A stretch of DNA of 64,000 nt from Candidatus Dojkabacteria bacterium (GTDB lineage: Bacteria > Patescibacteriota > Dojkabacteria > SC72). Where the stretch lies: assembly GCA_050950165.1 (NCBI GenBank), contig JBMNHC010000001.1, positions 325,724 to 389,723 on the forward strand, given 5' to 3'. Within the stretch, counting starts at the first letter, position 1. Each line of letters begins with the position of its first letter. The notes under the pieces are model-generated. The model was not told the origin of the DNA and ran no database searches. It worked only from the letters and a program-made list of their open reading frames with translations. The translations under genes and the position numbers were made by a program. Positions 50,250 through 64,000 of the stretch are shown piece by piece.

Positions 50250-50326
50250 GGGCGTATAGCTCAGTTGGCTAGAGCACAGTCCTGATAAGACTGAGGTCCC
50301 AAGTTCGAGACTTGGTACGCCCACCA
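50250..50326 (+). tRNA. tRNA-Ile (GAT) in the rRNA spacer
   Basis: GGGCGTATAGCTCAGTTGG..., anticodon loop CTGATAA, ends ...TACGCCCACCA. Confidence 0.9.
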
Positions 50327-50336
50327 GTCAATCCGT

Positions 50337-50410
50337 GGGCCTGTAGTTCAGTTGGCTAGAACGCCTCATTTGCAATGAGGAGGTCAGGAGTTCGACTCTC
50401 CTCAGGTCCA
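50337..50410 (+). tRNA. tRNA-Ala (TGC) in the rRNA spacer
   Basis: GGGCCTGTAGTTCAGTTGG..., anticodon loop TTTGCAA. Confidence 0.9.
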
Positions 50411-50562
50411 AAGATATCAGAAAAAGAAGAGAGATCTTTAATTTCTGTAAAGACAGAGTATTTACTCGTTAGTAGCTATTGGGGTAGGTCCAATTATTAA
50501 TATGTAGCTACTACATAAATACTTAGTGTTGCACATTTAAAACTGAATAGAATAGTAATTTC

Positions 50563-54130
<3,568 letters not shown>

Positions 54131-54261
54131 ATATATTTTTACTATCTATTCGGTTTTGAGTGTACAAACACTCTTTTGCTCTTTAGAATTTAAAGTCCTG
54201 AAGATTACTGGTAGTAATATCAGTAGTCGTCAGGCAACAGATATTTATATCAGATTTTTGT

Positions 54262-54381
54262 TGCCTGGCGATTGTAGCGGAGCGGAACTACCTGATCTCC
54301 ATCCCGAACTCAGAAGTAAAACGTTCCAGCGCCGAAAATACTCGGACCTTTGGTCTCGGGAAAATAGGTCATTGCCAGGAT
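54262..54381 (+). rRNA. rrf: 5S rRNA
   Basis: TGCCTGGCGATTGTAGCGGAGCGGAACTACCTGATCTCCATCCCGAACTCAGAAGTAAAACG... is collinear with bacterial 5S. Confidence 0.9.
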
Positions 54382-54394
54382 TTTGAATATGATA

Positions 54395-54425
54395 ACCCCA
54401 CTTGAAAGAGTGGGGTTTTGTTTTA
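54395..54425 (+). terminator. Rho-independent terminator of the rrn operon
   Basis: ACCCCACTTGAAAGAGTGGGGTTTTGTTTT: an 8-bp GC-rich stem plus a T-run. Confidence 0.7.
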
Positions 54426-54872
54426 AAATAGAGCTTTGTTGATTGATTAGTTCCTATCTTAGTTACTGATATTAATTTCCATAAAATCTGCATCTTACGA
54501 AGGTAAGATTGTTAATAAAATATTAGGGAATGGTCTCTGCTATCGGCTACTTTTTGCTTGTTTTTACAATTTTCTCACTTTACGATTAGGGCTTGTCTCC
54601 CTCACAGAATAGTAGGTAATCCCGTATACGTAACATTTGGAAGTCTAGGCCTCTTTTAAAGAAGAGTAAAAATGTTGTAAATAAGTATTGCGAAAAATAT
54701 CCAGAAGAAGAGGAATGGGGAGAACCTCTCTGCAGGGCGACAAACCCAGTTCAACATCTTTGTTCAACATCTTCTCTTCTCCAATTATTTATATCTCATT
54801 TTCAAACTGAAACAATCTGTGATATATTAAACAGGATGCTCCGGTTATAGGTCTCTAAATTTTATAAAAAAT

Positions 54873-55883
54873 ATGAAAGAATTTTTCTCTGTAGATGTAG
54901 AAGGAGGTGATCAAGTAGGAAAAGGAGATGTAGTTAAAAATCTCTCCTTGCAATTAGCTACTGAAGGCTACGATGTTTCTGTAGTATCTTTCCCCTGTTA
55001 TGCATCTCCAATTGGTAATGCAGTAAGAAGTGTTTTGAAGGAAGATATTTTTGACAACTTGGGATTAGACCCTAAAGAGTCTGTATCTTCTAAAATGGCT
55101 CTTTTTGCTTTGAATAGATTGGAGATATTAAACTACATTGTACAGGATAGAGAAGGTAAGGTATTTCTTTTTGACAGAGGACCTTTTAGTAATGCTTTAA
55201 CAATTGCATATGCTGTTAGTAAAGGATTAGATGGTGTGAATCAAGAAGAGCTTGTAGATATTGCTCTTTCTCTTGATTTTCTCTTTAGAAAAAATATGAA
55301 GGTAGATGAGTGTGTAATCAGGATATTTACTGAATCTAATAGCTGGTGTAGGAGTAGGGAAGATGGAGATTTGCATGAATCTAGAGAGGTTCAAGATATC
55401 AGTGATCTAATATATGGTATCTTCCAGAGCAAGATAGGGGGGGATTGGGTAGATATATTAAGTAAAGGTCGTGAAGGTTGGAGATCAAGAAAGGAGATAA
55501 TGGGGGATTGTTTAGAATTTATCAGAAAAAGAAACCAATTGAGCCCTGTGGGGCGTTCTAAGGAGCCAAAATATCTTTCGGTAGGTAAGGCTCTACAAAG
55601 TCTGTACAAGGGCTCTAGAATAGATTCTGTGGAGCTAAATTTGCTAGAAGAATCTTTAAAGCAAAATGAGAAGCAGGGGATGTATGAAGCATCATCTTTA
55701 ATATCTCAGGGTATAGCGAATTCTACCGAAGGGATAGAGTGGTATAATGAGGAGATTAGGGATGAGGTAAAAAGAATCTTAGATGAGCATATAGATATTG
55801 TGTCTCTTCTGGAGAAGATATATGGTGAAGAGTTTGTATATAAGTTTCTTAAATCTCTTAATACATGCGGAAAAAAGAATTAG
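54873..55883 (+). CDS. Thymidylate-kinase-like P-loop kinase-fold protein with a non-canonical P-loop (GGDQVGKGD) and a long C-terminal extension
   Basis: FSVDVEGGDQVGKGDVVKNLSLQLATEGYDVSVVSFP is collinear with the Tmk ExGxDGxGKTT...REP block. The DRG motif aligns with the Tmk DRH/Y motif. 336 aa. Confidence 0.35.
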   Translation: MKEFFSVDVEGGDQVGKGDVVKNLSLQLATEGYDVSVVSFPCYASPIGNAVRSVLKEDIFDNLGLDPKESVSSKMALFALNRLEILNYIVQDREGKVFLFDRGPFSNALTIAYAVSKGLDGVNQEELVDIALSLDFLFRKNMKVDECVIRIFTESNSWCRSREDGDLHESREVQDISDLIYGIFQSKIGGDWVDILSKGREGWRSRKEIMGDCLEFIRKRNQLSPVGRSKEPKYLSVGKALQSLYKGSRIDSVELNLLEESLKQNEKQGMYEASSLISQGIANSTEGIEWYNEEIRDEVKRILDEHIDIVSLLEKIYGEEFVYKFLKSLNTCGKKN

Positions 55884-56488
55884 CTTCTAGACTACTTCTT
55901 GAAGTCGAAAAAATATTCCCAAACGCTACTACAGAGTTAGCCAACTGGAAAACACCATTCCAGTTCTTAGTGTGTATAATTCTCTCTGCTCAAACTACAG
56001 ACAAGCAGGTCAACAAGGTTACCAAGAAACTGTTTAAAAAATATCCAACATCAAATGAACTCTCTAAAGCATCTCAAGAAGAACTGGCATATACCCTAGG
56101 GGGTATTAACTACTACAAGACTAAATCTAAACACCTAATATCGATGTCTACCATCTTAGAGAGAGAGTATAGTGGACAACCTCCTGTAAGCCTCTCTAAG
56201 CTCCTTAAACTACCAGGAGTAGGGTACAAGACAGCAAATGTATTTCTAAATGAGTACTATAAAGCTAACAAAGGTATTGCTGTAGATACTCATGTTCTTA
56301 GAGTAGCAAGAGCATATGGTCTAACAACCAATACAGACCCAACTAAAGTCTCTCATGACTTAGAAAAGCTCTATCCACAAAAGGATTGGCACAAGGTTAA
56401 TACAACCTTAGTCCTCTACGGAAGATATATTCTCAAAGCAAAGAAACCAGATATGAACAGAGTAGTTCTCAAAGAACACCTAGTCTAA
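55865..56488 (+). CDS. HhH-GPD DNA glycosylase (endonuclease III-like, no C-terminal FeS cluster)
   Basis: [12 protein letters not shown] (HhH with catalytic Lys) and [10 protein letters not shown] (Asp) are present. The Cx6Cx2Cx5C cluster is absent. Confidence 0.65.
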   Translation: MRKKELASRLLLEVEKIFPNATTELANWKTPFQFLVCIILSAQTTDKQVNKVTKKLFKKYPTSNELSKASQEELAYTLGGINYYKTKSKHLISMSTILEREYSGQPPVSLSKLLKLPGVGYKTANVFLNEYYKANKGIAVDTHVLRVARAYGLTTNTDPTKVSHDLEKLYPQKDWHKVNTTLVLYGRYILKAKKPDMNRVVLKEHLV

Positions 56489-59400
56489 GATTTCATCTTT
56501 CTTTTAACCTTTATTTTCCTCTCTACCTTTTTCCTTTTGTATATACTGTATCCTAAAAGTATTGTTAGTAAAACAATTAAAGCAATTAACCAGTAAACAT
56601 AGCTTGGTGTAGTTATCTGCTCCAATTTTATTTTAATCTCTATCTCTTCCTCTCCATCATCAATTAGATGAATTTTCTTCTCAGCTCTATACCCATTGTA
56701 TGAAATAACCATTGTATGTAAACCAGTATCTAAATTCTCAAAATATACCTCTCCATTCTCATCAGTAATACCTGTTCTAAGATCGGAGTGCAACTCAACA
56801 GTCACACCTTTGAGAGCCCCCTGTGATTCATCATATATCTTTATTCTTAGACTCTTAGCCTGAGTAGTAGGTTTCTTATTAATTATTTCAGTTGTTTTCT
56901 CTTGTTCTTTTTCCCCAATATCAGGAATTATATATTTAGCAAATGGATTTCTTGGCTTTACAACAGGTCTTGGATCTAGTGGAGTAGGGATAATAGGTAT
57001 TGTTGGCTCTTGCCCACCTACAATATATGTAACACTGTTATCAGTAAATGTACTATCCTCATTTAGATTCCCAGCAAGGTCTTCAACAGTATTAGCAGGC
57101 AGAGAAAGTGATACTGTTTCTCCAGATATCATTCCAGTTACAATTGCAGTATATGTTGTACTGTTTACTTTTGTTAATTGTGATACAGTAGTCGTACTAC
57201 TTCCAGCTATTACTAAATCATCCTTTACAAAAGTATCTTCATTGATAGCTTCAGAGAATACAATTGTAAATTTAATTTCATCTTCATTAGTAGGATCAAC
57301 CTGATCATCAGCCTGATTTACTCTAACTGTTGGAGCGGTAGCATCGTATGTTATTGAGTCATTGGTAAAAGTACTATCCTCATTTAGATTACCAGCAAGA
57401 TCTTCAACAGTATTAGCAGGAATGATTACTGTTATAGTTTCTCCATCTGTAAGACCCGTTATCTCAACTTCATAATTTTGATCAGAATCCTCTATATTTG
57501 TAATTGAGTTTACAGAAGCTGAACTACTTATAGAACTAGATATAGCTATATCCTCACTTGTGAAAGTACCATTTTTAATCTTTTCAGAAAAAACAACTGT
57601 ATATTTAACAGAGTTAATATTAGTAGGATTAGCTTGAGTAATTGCTAGATTAACAGTGATGGTTGGAGCTATTGTATCTTTCAGTAAATTCTTAGTAAAT
57701 GTCCCTTTATTCCCAGCCTCATCTGTTTGAGATGCTTGAATAGAGATGTTTCCCTCTGTCAAAGAGGATAAATTAAGACTTTCACTCCATATTCCTTCTG
57801 CTTGACATTCTGTTTGAGATGTTTGACCTGCAATGTTGATTGTAATATCTCCATCATCTTCTGTACATGTTCCTTCTAAAGTATAGCTTGTTTTGTTAGA
57901 GCTATTAATTGGAGTATCACTTGTAATTGATACTACTGGGAGTATTCTATCAATTACAAAATCATCTTCCATTTTGGATGCGCTATTAGTAGCTTGATCA
58001 ATTGCATTAATAATTAAGTTACCGGATTTTGTAACTATCACTGTACAATTGACTTTTTTAGTTCCTGATTGGGTACACACTAAATTAGTTGGACCTCCCG
58101 TTGAACTTGAATTAATAGATACATCTTCTGCAAGAATACCATTGTTATCAGTTACTGTAATCACTATATTATCTATATTTTTATTACTAAGTTTGGTTGG
58201 AGGATTTATTGTTATAACAGGATTAGTTGCATCAACTGTTAATGCACTAGCAAAATCATATGTTTCTGTATTAAGGGCTGAATCTGTAACGATAACACTT
58301 ACAGTGTATGTTCCACTTGTTAGTTCTGGATCTATTACTCCTGCATCTAATTTCCAAGTTCCATTTCCATTGTTATCAGCACTATATGTTTTTCCTGCAA
58401 CCTTTACTTGTACTGTTGCGGTTGTATCATTTACAAGTCCTGTTAACTTAGGTGATTTTACTTTTGTAAGAAGTGTATCAAAATCAGCTACTGGAACTAT
58501 TGTATCTTTTGTAAGATTTTTTGTGTCATCTCCTATGTTTCCTACTGCGTCTGTTTGGGATACATAAACCTGAACTGTTCCATCTGGGTGGGTGGATAGA
58601 TTAAGCTCTGTACTCCATGTACCACCCGTTTGACACGCTGTGGTATGTGTTTGTTCGGCAATGATTGTCACAACACTACTATCACCCTCTGTACATGTTC
58701 CTGCTAGGGGGTAGTGTGCTTGGTTTGTTCTATTAATTGGAGCATCACTTGTTATCTGAACTACTGGTGGATCTGTATCTACTATAAAGCCTTCTACTGT
58801 TTTTGTAGCAGTATTTTTTGCTTTATCCTCTACATTTATTGTTAGGTTCCCTGACTTTACTATTGTTAATGTACAATTTACTATCTTTTCGTCTTGAGTG
58901 TCTGTTTGGCACTCAAAACCTTGCACCATTTCTTCTGAAGCTGGATCTACTGTTACTGCATTTGCAAATAGTTCAAGGTTATCTACCACCGATATGGTTA
59001 CATCTGTTATGTTTCCATTCTTTGCCATTGTTGGAGCATCTATTGTTATTTCTGGTTTTTTGTTATCAAAGAAATAGTATTGTGAGTTATATCCTATTGC
59101 ATTACTTGTTTGATCTCTCGCTGTTACTGTTACAAGGCCTGTATTTTGGATTCCTTCTATTCGACAGGTCACAGTTCCTACATATGGTTCATCGTTGATC
59201 GTGCCATGTGTATCTTCACAATGTACTATTTCTGCATCTACTGCTCCATCTCCTGAAAGTGTAATATCAACTATCTCATCTTCTGCATTTGGTGGGGTTA
59301 TGGTTACTTCTGTATTATTTATTGGTTGATTACTTATTATTGTTGGGGCGTTAAATGTTACCTCTGGTGGAAAGGAGATAGCTATTTCTGACATATTGTT

Positions 59401-62325
59401 TGTTTTATCATAGGCTTGGATATATACAGTATGTTGTGCTTCATGTGGGTCTAGGTATAATTTTTTCTCTATTATCTCTGTTGAATATTCTATATTTTCT
59501 TCTGTATATTCTTCTGGATATCCTTCTCCTCCATTATCTGCTCTATATCTTAGTATATAATTTAATACTCCTACTGGATCTACTGCCCTAAACTTTACTA
59601 ATGGGGCATCTGTACTATGTGGACTTGTTGTATCTACATTGGCTACTACAAATATAGGGCCTGATTCATCAACTACATATCCAGGTTCTGTTTTAGTTGA
59701 TACATTGCCTCCTCCATCTTCTGCTCTTATTGTTAAATCTCCTGAACCGGTTATCGTTATTGTACACTCTAAGGTTAAAGGAATTTCTGGATCATTTGAA
59801 TTGTTTACATATGGATAGTCTTGAGATTCTGTTATTGAATCTGCACTGGGGGTACATACTATATCTTTTGCTGTTGCAACACTCGTTGGATCTAATTCCA
59901 CTAAATTTATTGCAAACCCATCAGTTACTGTAAATGTTGTATCTGTTATTGGATCCCTTGATGTTTTCGTTTCGCTTGTAATTATTATTTCTGGTGGATC
60001 ATCATCTACATCTAATACTGTTATTATCAGTATTGCTTCTTCATATAATTCATCCTCATCTGTGGCCCTTACTCTAATTGAATATGTGTTATTTTCTACT
60101 CCGTCTCCTAAATCTGTTGGAATTTCATGATCTGGAGCTACTAAGAATACTAATAATCCGGTTGTTGGATTAAGTGCAAACTTCGCATTATCCTCACTCC
60201 CTTCACCTGATACTAGTGTATATATTACTTCAAGATTACTGTCTGAAAGTACTTCTCCTACTTCTGTTGTATTTTCATCTATTTCATCTTCTGATAAACG
60301 AATATTTTGTGGTGGACATTTCTTTCCAGCATCATTAATAGTCCATCTGCTTGGTTCTCCCATTAAAGTTGCTCTTGCTTCTTCTGCATAACAGTAATTT
60401 ACTCCTCTTGCATCAAAAGTTCTATTTGATAATACATTCTTTTTGCTCCATTCATTTAGCAGTTTATCGTAATTGTAATATTGCATATTGCTTCCACTAA
60501 GAAAACTTTCAAAAACTCCAACACTAGAAACATTCCAATTTGAGATATCTTGATTAAATGATTTTGCTCCAGAAAACATGCGAAGCATGTTTATAACAGC
60601 ACCTGTATTCCAATTTTCACCAAAAGGTTGATTAAACTGATAAGCATAATTAAACATAATATTCATATATTTTACTTTAACGGTGTTCCAATTTAGTGGT
60701 TTGGTACTAGCACCTGGTTCATCACCGTTATTAAAAGCACGGGCGTTTTGAAATATACCTGACATGTTTGTTACATTTCCTGTATTCCAATCACCAATAT
60801 ATTGATTAAACTTTCTGGCATTAAGAAACACGCCTTTCATATCAATTACTTCACCTGTAGTCCAATTTCCACCAAAAGGTTGATTAAATGAAGTAGCATC
60901 CTGAAACATATATGATATATATTTAACTTTGATGGTGTTCCAGTTTATTGGTTTGCTTTCATCCCCAGGCTCGGCACCATTGTTAAAAGCGGTAGCTCCT
61001 TTAAACATATATGCCATTGTTGTCACTTTCGCTGTATTCCAATTACCAATATTTTGGTTAAAAGCAGTAGCTCCACCAAACATGTTATACGTACTTTCAA
61101 CATTTCCTGTATTCCAGTTACTAATATCTTGGTTAAAATACTTAGTTCCTCTAAACATATCTGCCATTGCTGTCACATTCGCTGTTTTCCAATTAGGGCC
61201 AAACGGTTGATTAAAGTCTCTTGCTGCAAACATTCCATTCATAGTCTGAACTTTACTAGTATTCCAGTTTATAGGTTTAGTACTAGCACCTGGTTCATCA
61301 CCATTATTAAAAACAAGAGCTCCATTAAACATGTTTGCCATATAAACAACCGCGCCTGTATTCCATTCACCAATATATTGATTAAATGAAGTAGCATTAG
61401 AAAACATAGAAATCGTACGTTGAACTTTACCAGTATTCCAATCTAGTGGTTTAGTACTAGCGCCTGGTTCATCACCATTATTAAAAGCAGTAGCTCCTGC
61501 AAACATATTATCCATACTAGTAACCTCACCAGTTTTCCATTCACTAATATCTTGATTAAACGAAGTGGCTTGATAAAACATACCATTCATATTCTTGACA
61601 CTTTTTGTATCCCAACCACCAATATCTTGGTTAAATGAAGTGGCTTGATCGAACATACTCCCCATATTAGTAACATTTCCTGTATTCCAGTTACTGATGT
61701 CTTGGTTAAAAGAAGAAGCTCTAAAAAATGTACTATTCATATTCAGAACATTACTAGTATCCCAAGTATTCATTGACTCATGACCAGTAAAGTTTGTAGC
61801 ACTATGAAAAGTTTGATACATACTAGTTACTGCTGATAGATCAGGTTTATCACTAGCTGTTATCTGCATGTTTTTCATACCTATAAAAGCTGATGCAAAG
61901 CTTGACCATGGAATATGTCCCCACTGTTTTATCTCTTGTAGCTTAGCTCTCTCATCTACAGCTAAATCAGGAGCATAGAAGTGGAGTGGAGCTGTTGATC
62001 TAACACAAATATCATAGGTACCAGTCTCACCATAATCATAACTAACTTTATTACTAGAAACTGGTAGGAAATCGTCATTACAATGCCAAGAGACTTCGTA
62101 TTCATCCGTGGCGTTTTTTAGGAAGTTTAGAGTAACTTTAGTTGGCTCAGTAGCTCCCTCTACATTAGTTGTCCAACTAGTAACAAACAGATCAGAAGAG
62201 TAGGCATGGGTTGGAAAGTTCCTGTTCTTAATTAAAAAGGTTGTAAAACCAATAACTAACAAGAGAGTACTTAGTAAAAAGAGAATTTTCTTCAAATGTG
62301 AGTTTTTGGCAGTTTTTACAATCAT
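56485..62325 (-). CDS. Giant cell-surface protein (1,946 aa): N-terminal anchor/signal, about 14 DUF285 (BspA/Mycoplasma-type LRR) repeats, multiple Ig/cadherin-like domains, a CarboxypepD_reg-like domain, and a C-terminal TM with basic tail
   Basis: Repeated [18 protein letters not shown] units (aa about 200-600). Repeated about 100-aa beta-domains. ...[42 protein letters not shown]-terminus [36 protein letters not shown]. Confidence 0.75.
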   Translation of the reverse strand: MIVKTAKNSHLKKILFLLSTLLLVIGFTTFLIKNRNFPTHAYSSDLFVTSWTTNVEGATEPTKVTLNFLKNATDEYEVSWHCNDDFLPVSSNKVSYDYGETGTYDICVRSTAPLHFYAPDLAVDERAKLQEIKQWGHIPWSSFASAFIGMKNMQITASDKPDLSAVTSMYQTFHSATNFTGHESMNTWDTSNVLNMNSTFFRASSFNQDISNWNTGNVTNMGSMFDQATSFNQDIGGWDTKSVKNMNGMFYQATSFNQDISEWKTGEVTSMDNMFAGATAFNNGDEPGASTKPLDWNTGKVQRTISMFSNATSFNQYIGEWNTGAVVYMANMFNGALVFNNGDEPGASTKPINWNTSKVQTMNGMFAARDFNQPFGPNWKTANVTAMADMFRGTKYFNQDISNWNTGNVESTYNMFGGATAFNQNIGNWNTAKVTTMAYMFKGATAFNNGAEPGDESKPINWNTIKVKYISYMFQDATSFNQPFGGNWTTGEVIDMKGVFLNARKFNQYIGDWNTGNVTNMSGIFQNARAFNNGDEPGASTKPLNWNTVKVKYMNIMFNYAYQFNQPFGENWNTGAVINMLRMFSGAKSFNQDISNWNVSSVGVFESFLSGSNMQYYNYDKLLNEWSKKNVLSNRTFDARGVNYCYAEEARATLMGEPSRWTINDAGKKCPPQNIRLSEDEIDENTTEVGEVLSDSNLEVIYTLVSGEGSEDNAKFALNPTTGLLVFLVAPDHEIPTDLGDGVENNTYSIRVRATDEDELYEEAILIITVLDVDDDPPEIIITSETKTSRDPITDTTFTVTDGFAINLVELDPTSVATAKDIVCTPSADSITESQDYPYVNNSNDPEIPLTLECTITITGSGDLTIRAEDGGGNVSTKTEPGYVVDESGPIFVVANVDTTSPHSTDAPLVKFRAVDPVGVLNYILRYRADNGGEGYPEEYTEENIEYSTEIIEKKLYLDPHEAQHTVYIQAYDKTNNMSEIAISFPPEVTFNAPTIISNQPINNTEVTITPPNAEDEIVDITLSGDGAVDAEIVHCEDTHGTINDEPYVGTVTCRIEGIQNTGLVTVTARDQTSNAIGYNSQYYFFDNKKPEITIDAPTMAKNGNITDVTISVVDNLELFANAVTVDPASEEMVQGFECQTDTQDEKIVNCTLTIVKSGNLTINVEDKAKNTATKTVEGFIVDTDPPVVQITSDAPINRTNQAHYPLAGTCTEGDSSVVTIIAEQTHTTACQTGGTWSTELNLSTHPDGTVQVYVSQTDAVGNIGDDTKNLTKDTIVPVADFDTLLTKVKSPKLTGLVNDTTATVQVKVAGKTYSADNNGNGTWKLDAGVIDPELTSGTYTVSVIVTDSALNTETYDFASALTVDATNPVITINPPTKLSNKNIDNIVITVTDNNGILAEDVSINSSSTGGPTNLVCTQSGTKKVNCTVIVTKSGNLIINAIDQATNSASKMEDDFVIDRILPVVSITSDTPINSSNKTSYTLEGTCTEDDGDITINIAGQTSQTECQAEGIWSESLNLSSLTEGNISIQASQTDEAGNKGTFTKNLLKDTIAPTITVNLAITQANPTNINSVKYTVVFSEKIKNGTFTSEDIAISSSISSSASVNSITNIEDSDQNYEVEITGLTDGETITVIIPANTVEDLAGNLNEDSTFTNDSITYDATAPTVRVNQADDQVDPTNEDEIKFTIVFSEAINEDTFVKDDLVIAGSSTTTVSQLTKVNSTTYTAIVTGMISGETVSLSLPANTVEDLAGNLNEDSTFTDNSVTYIVGGQEPTIPIIPTPLDPRPVVKPRNPFAKYIIPDIGEKEQEKTTEIINKKPTTQAKSLRIKIYDESQGALKGVTVELHSDLRTGITDENGEVYFENLDTGLHTMVISYNGYRAEKKIHLIDDGEEEIEIKIKLEQITTPSYVYWLIALIVLLTILLGYSIYKRKKVERKIKVKRKMKS

Positions 62326-62361
62326 AACCTCATATTTTTGTATAATAATATGTTTGTTTTA

Positions 62362-64000
62362 CTATTTTTCTTCATTATTTCTCTTTTCTTTGTGTACACG
62401 ATATCCTAAATATATTGAAAGTATTATTAGGAATATAACTAATACAATTAGCCAATAGACATAGTTAGGTATTATCACTTTTTCTAGCTTGATATTTATC
62501 TCCATTTCTTCCTCTCCATCGCTGACTAGATTAATTTTCTTTTCAGCCCTATATTCATTATATGAAATAATCATTGTATGTAAACCTGTTTCTAGATTCT
62601 CAAAGTATACTTCTCCATTCTCATCAGTAACTCCTGTTCTAACATCAGAATGTATTTCAACAGTAACACCTTTGATAGGTTCTCCTGTATCATTGTATAC
62701 CTTTATCTTTAGACTCTTAGATTGAGTAGGGGTAGTAGGTTTTTTAGTTGTTTCTGAGGTTTTTTCTTCATTAGAAGGTGTGGTCTCTTCTAGTTGTTCA
62801 ACTACAGGAGCTATATATTTAGTAATTGGGCTTTTTGGTTTTACAACAGGTTTTGGATCTAGAGGAGTAGGGATAACAGGGATTGTTGGTTCTTCCTCAG
62901 GCTCATCGGGTTTCTCAGGCTCATCAGGTTGTTCTGGTTCTTCCTCATCTACAGTGTATGTAACACTGTTATCAGTATATGTTGATGCAGCATTCTTGTT
63001 TCCAGCCATATCCTCAACACTATCAGCAGGTAGAGAGAGTGAAACAGTTTCTCCAGATAACATGCCAGTTACAATAGCGGTATATGTTGTACTATCAATC
63101 TTAATTAAGTTGGACACTGTAGCAGTAGTACTTCCTTCTATTACTAAATCATCCTTTGTAAATGTATCTTCATTAATTGCCTCAGAGAATACAATTGTGA
63201 ACTTAATTTCATTTACATTAGTAGGATCAGCTTGATCATCGGCTTGGTTTACTGTAACTGTTGGTTGAGTAATATCATATGTAACAGAGTAATCATCACC
63301 AGTAGATTCAATATTTCCATTACCAGCTAGGTCTGTTACTGCATCTGCAGGAATAGTTGCTGTTATAGTATCTCCATCTGTTAGGTTATCTATTTCAACT
63401 TCATATTCTGTTCCTGTATCCCCAATCTCTGTAATACTTTTTACTTTAGCAGTAGTACTTCCAGATATTAATATGTCTTCATTAGTAAATGTAGTTTTAT
63501 CAATCTTTTCAGAGAAAATTACAGTATATTTAACAGAATTAATATTGGTAGGATCAACCTGAGTAGTGGATTGGTTAATAGTTACAGTAGGTGAAGTAGT
63601 ATCGTATGTTCTTTCATTGTCTAAAGAAGTACTAACATTATTAAGATTGCCTGCTAGATCAGAAACTCTTCCTGCAGGTAGGATAACTTTGTATGTAGCA
63701 TCCTGTGTTGGTTTGAATATTACGATAGCATTACTGTTATCTATAATAGATACCTGTGCATCAGTGTAAGTTCCTCCGGTGATAGAGAAGTCCTCTATAC
63801 TTAAAGTATCAGTATCTATTTCTTTTGAGAAAGTAACATTAAATCTAAAATCAGTATCTTCAGGGTTATTTAGTAGGTTAGTAGGGTCTAAATAGTTAGC
63901 ATTTGGTTTTCTCTCTTCTATAGTTACATTTGGTTTTTCACTGTCATAAGTAACAGCACTTGATTCTACTTCCGCAGTATTCCAGTTGCCAAGAACATCT
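62362..64000 (-). CDS. Second giant surface protein paralog (C-terminal about 545 aa; gene continues beyond the window end)
   Basis: Its C-terminal 250 aa are collinear with the end of the 56485-62325 product, plus a PEQPDEPEKPDEPEEEP linker. The minus-strand frame stays open from 63117 to at least 63360 (checked codon by codon), and the Ig-like repeats match the upstream paralog. Confidence 0.6.
   Translation of the reverse strand, partial: DVLGNWNTAEVESSAVTYDSEKPNVTIEERKPNANYLDPTNLLNNPEDTDFRFNVTFSKEIDTDTLSIEDFSITGGTYTDAQVSIIDNSNAIVIFKPTQDATYKVILPAGRVSDLAGNLNNVSTSLDNERTYDTTSPTVTINQSTTQVDPTNINSVKYTVIFSEKIDKTTFTNEDILISGSTTAKVKSITEIGDTGTEYEVEIDNLTDGDTITATIPADAVTDLAGNGNIESTGDDYSVTYDITQPTVTVNQADDQADPTNVNEIKFTIVFSEAINEDTFTKDDLVIEGSTTATVSNLIKIDSTTYTAIVTGMLSGETVSLSLPADSVEDMAGNKNAASTYTDNSVTYTVDEEEPEQPDEPEKPDEPEEEPTIPVIPTPLDPKPVVKPKSPITKYIAPVVEQLEETTPSNEEKTSETTKKPTTPTQSKSLKIKVYNDTGEPIKGVTVEIHSDVRTGVTDENGEVYFENLETGLHTMIISYNEYRAEKKINLVSDGEEEMEINIKLEKVIIPNYVYWLIVLVIFLIILSIYLGYRVHKEKRNNEEK

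Noticed and set aside
57000-62000. Plus-strand ORFs (58049-58567, 58818-59198, 59400-59591, 59697-59933, 60929-61389) antisense to the giant surface-protein gene
   Set aside because: They are low-complexity translations of repetitive antisense sequence inside a well-supported 1,946-aa minus-strand CDS.

Overview
AT-rich (~35% GC) bacterial chromosomal segment using the standard genetic code: long ORFs are uninterrupted and stops are TAA/TAG. It includes the replication-origin neighbourhood (rpmH-rnpA-yidD-yidC-jag on the minus strand, then dnaA, a DnaA-box cluster and dnaN) and many housekeeping genes: valS (partial), RNase J, an FtsA-like ATPase, ftsH, polA, efp, smpB, tmRNA, endonuclease IV, a UvrD-type helicase-nuclease and an ATP-dependent DNA ligase. 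There is one complete 16S-tRNAIle-tRNAAla-23S-5S operon and about ten tRNAs. Gene content and style (small proteins, many membrane or secreted hypotheticals, ATP-dependent ligase, rRNA insertions, giant surface proteins) resemble a reduced-genome, possibly episymbiotic, Patescibacteria/CPR-like bacterium; this is an inference. Three things stand out. First, five paralogous hairpin insertions sharing a GCTAACTTATAG stem sit in 16S and 23S, including the classical 23S helix-25 and helix-45 intervening-sequence (IVS) sites; one of them carries a GIY-YIG nuclease ORF interrupted by an in-frame TGA. Second, a type IV secretion (T4SS)/conjugation-like locus holds five tandem VirB2/TrbC-like two-helix pilin paralogs, a coiled-coil SpoIID/LytB-type peptidoglycan hydrolase, and a VirD4/TraD-family coupling ATPase (T4CP), next to tRNA-Ile(UAU) and a tyrosine recombinase. 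Third, two tandem giant DUF285-repeat/Ig-like surface proteins of about 1,950 aa each. Lesser oddities are a ThyX-like protein with RHR replaced by NEH, a Tmk-like protein with a GKG P-loop, an atypical orphan response regulator, and two copies of a long hairpin terminator after small membrane-peptide genes. No CRISPR array was seen.
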